In this document: positions 63,101-64,000 of the stretch, piece after piece
Layout: each line of letters begins with the position of its first letter
How positions within the stretch are numbered: position 1 is the first letter of the stretch
NCBI RefSeq assembly: GCF_022045235.1
Contig: NW_027266275.1
Span: 16,492,001-16,556,000, forward strand
Reading direction: 5' to 3'
DNA length: 64,000 nt
From: Haliotis cracherodii
Taxonomy: Eukaryota
Translations under genes and position numbers: made by a program
The notes under the pieces: model-generated
Told to the model about the DNA's origin: nothing
What the model saw: only the letters and a program-made list of their open reading frames with translations
The model's database searches: none

Positions 63101-63810
63101 CATATGTAGATCCTAAATAACTAACCAATAAGTTACATGAGTAAGCATGCAATAATATATTATATCTTATTAAAAACATATATGTTGATTGATATGTTTA
63201 TATACATGATAATGGTGGTATATCTCTCTGTAGCATGTAGGATGACAAGTTACACTTGTGATAAGATCATAGAGAGAGAGAGGTTGACAAGTTCTCTAGA
63301 AAGAGAAAGGCTCCATCTTCACGTTCTGCACCAGCCAAAAGACTTCTACTTAAAACAGTTTTCCAAAGACATCTGCAGAGACTGACAACTCCTACAACTT
63401 CAGAATTGAAAGTTAAATGATAGTAAGTCTGTTCACGAGCATGTACATGGTGAAGACAAACCCAGTCAATCAAGTGTTTTGATGGATGTAGAAAGTTGCA
63501 TGAAGAGTAAGCAGCAGTTTAAGTTCTACACTGGATTAACTGTTCTCCAGTTCATGTGTTTATGGAATTTTCTTGGTCCTGCTGTGAAGTTACTTGTGTA
63601 CTGAAACACTGATCGCAGTCAACCTGACATATTTCCGGATAAACAAGGTGGACCAAGGAGAAAACTTCCTCCTAATCCCAGGAATGAACCGTTTCTTACA
63701 CTGTTGAGAATGCGCATTGGGTTTTTCAATCAAAACTTAGCTTTTCTGTTTGGTGACAAATATGATCTCATAAAGTTGTTATTACATGGATTCAGCTTCT
63801 TTATTGAATC
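60163..63810 (+). mobile_element. Decayed THAP-domain PIF/Harbinger (ISL2EU-like) transposon, interrupted by other insertions
   Basis: Frameshifted THAP finger at 60276-60435 (KHCCCGRCNSDSRF...FIRFPKP...RCQRWV). HTH region at about 63515-63805 (FKFYTGL..FMCLWNFLG...GPRRKL...FLTLLRMRIG..NLAFLFG...ITWIQLLY). Linking the two parts is an inference. Confidence 0.6.
62099..63005 (-). mobile_element. Mariner (DD34D) transposon relic with an internal deletion
   Basis: DDPRPGRP, VRWVPNLLT, FVTMDES, FHQDNAPVH, HPPYSPDLAPSDFHLFPKLK. Confidence 0.92.
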
Positions 63811-64000
63811 TTCCAGATCAATTACATCAAGGCACCTGCATGGTTGGGATTTGATAAGGTAGTGAGTTGCGACTGCCAGCATTAAACAGAATAGACGCGG
63901 GGTCAACAGCTGAAATTAATAGCCGCAAAGGCCTCTATTATTTGACCTTAAATTTCTTCTCGATCGTTTTGATCTCCTAAATATGTGTATGATATTTATC

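Overview
AT-rich, repeat-dense eukaryotic genomic DNA with spliced genes and two N gaps. The SINE repertoire looks molluscan, probably a gastropod such as abalone (inferred from recalled repeat families, not from a search). The left half carries two head-to-head, three-coding-exon paralogues of core-1 beta-1,3-galactosyltransferase (C1GALT1-like, GT31): minus 13469-9788 and plus 18164-21367, both with intact reading frames. The right half (25.4-59.9 kb, all minus strand) is a tandem array of PhzF/PBLD-family isomerase genes in which two subfamilies alternate: D (type 2), C (type 1), type-2 relic, B (type 1), type-2 relic, A (type 1), type-1 relic. Each near-complete copy has its own lesion: A lost exon 6 to a SINE, B is intact but has Asp at the conserved SET glutamate, C has deleted the in-frame active-site exon 3, and D has a mutated exon 2 acceptor and no exon 1 visible. 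Mobile DNA includes several Tc1 relics, a DD34D mariner, a long-spacer IS630/Tc1 relic, a THAP-bearing Harbinger/ISL2EU-type relic, an RLE-type non-LTR retrotransposon, a herpes-tegument (peptidase C76-like) domain relic, MITEs, four SINE families with a shared tail, a tRNA-containing solo LTR and a Penelope-type hammerhead inside a hairpin. There is no CRISPR array, rRNA or credible tRNA gene. Exon coordinates were read by hand.
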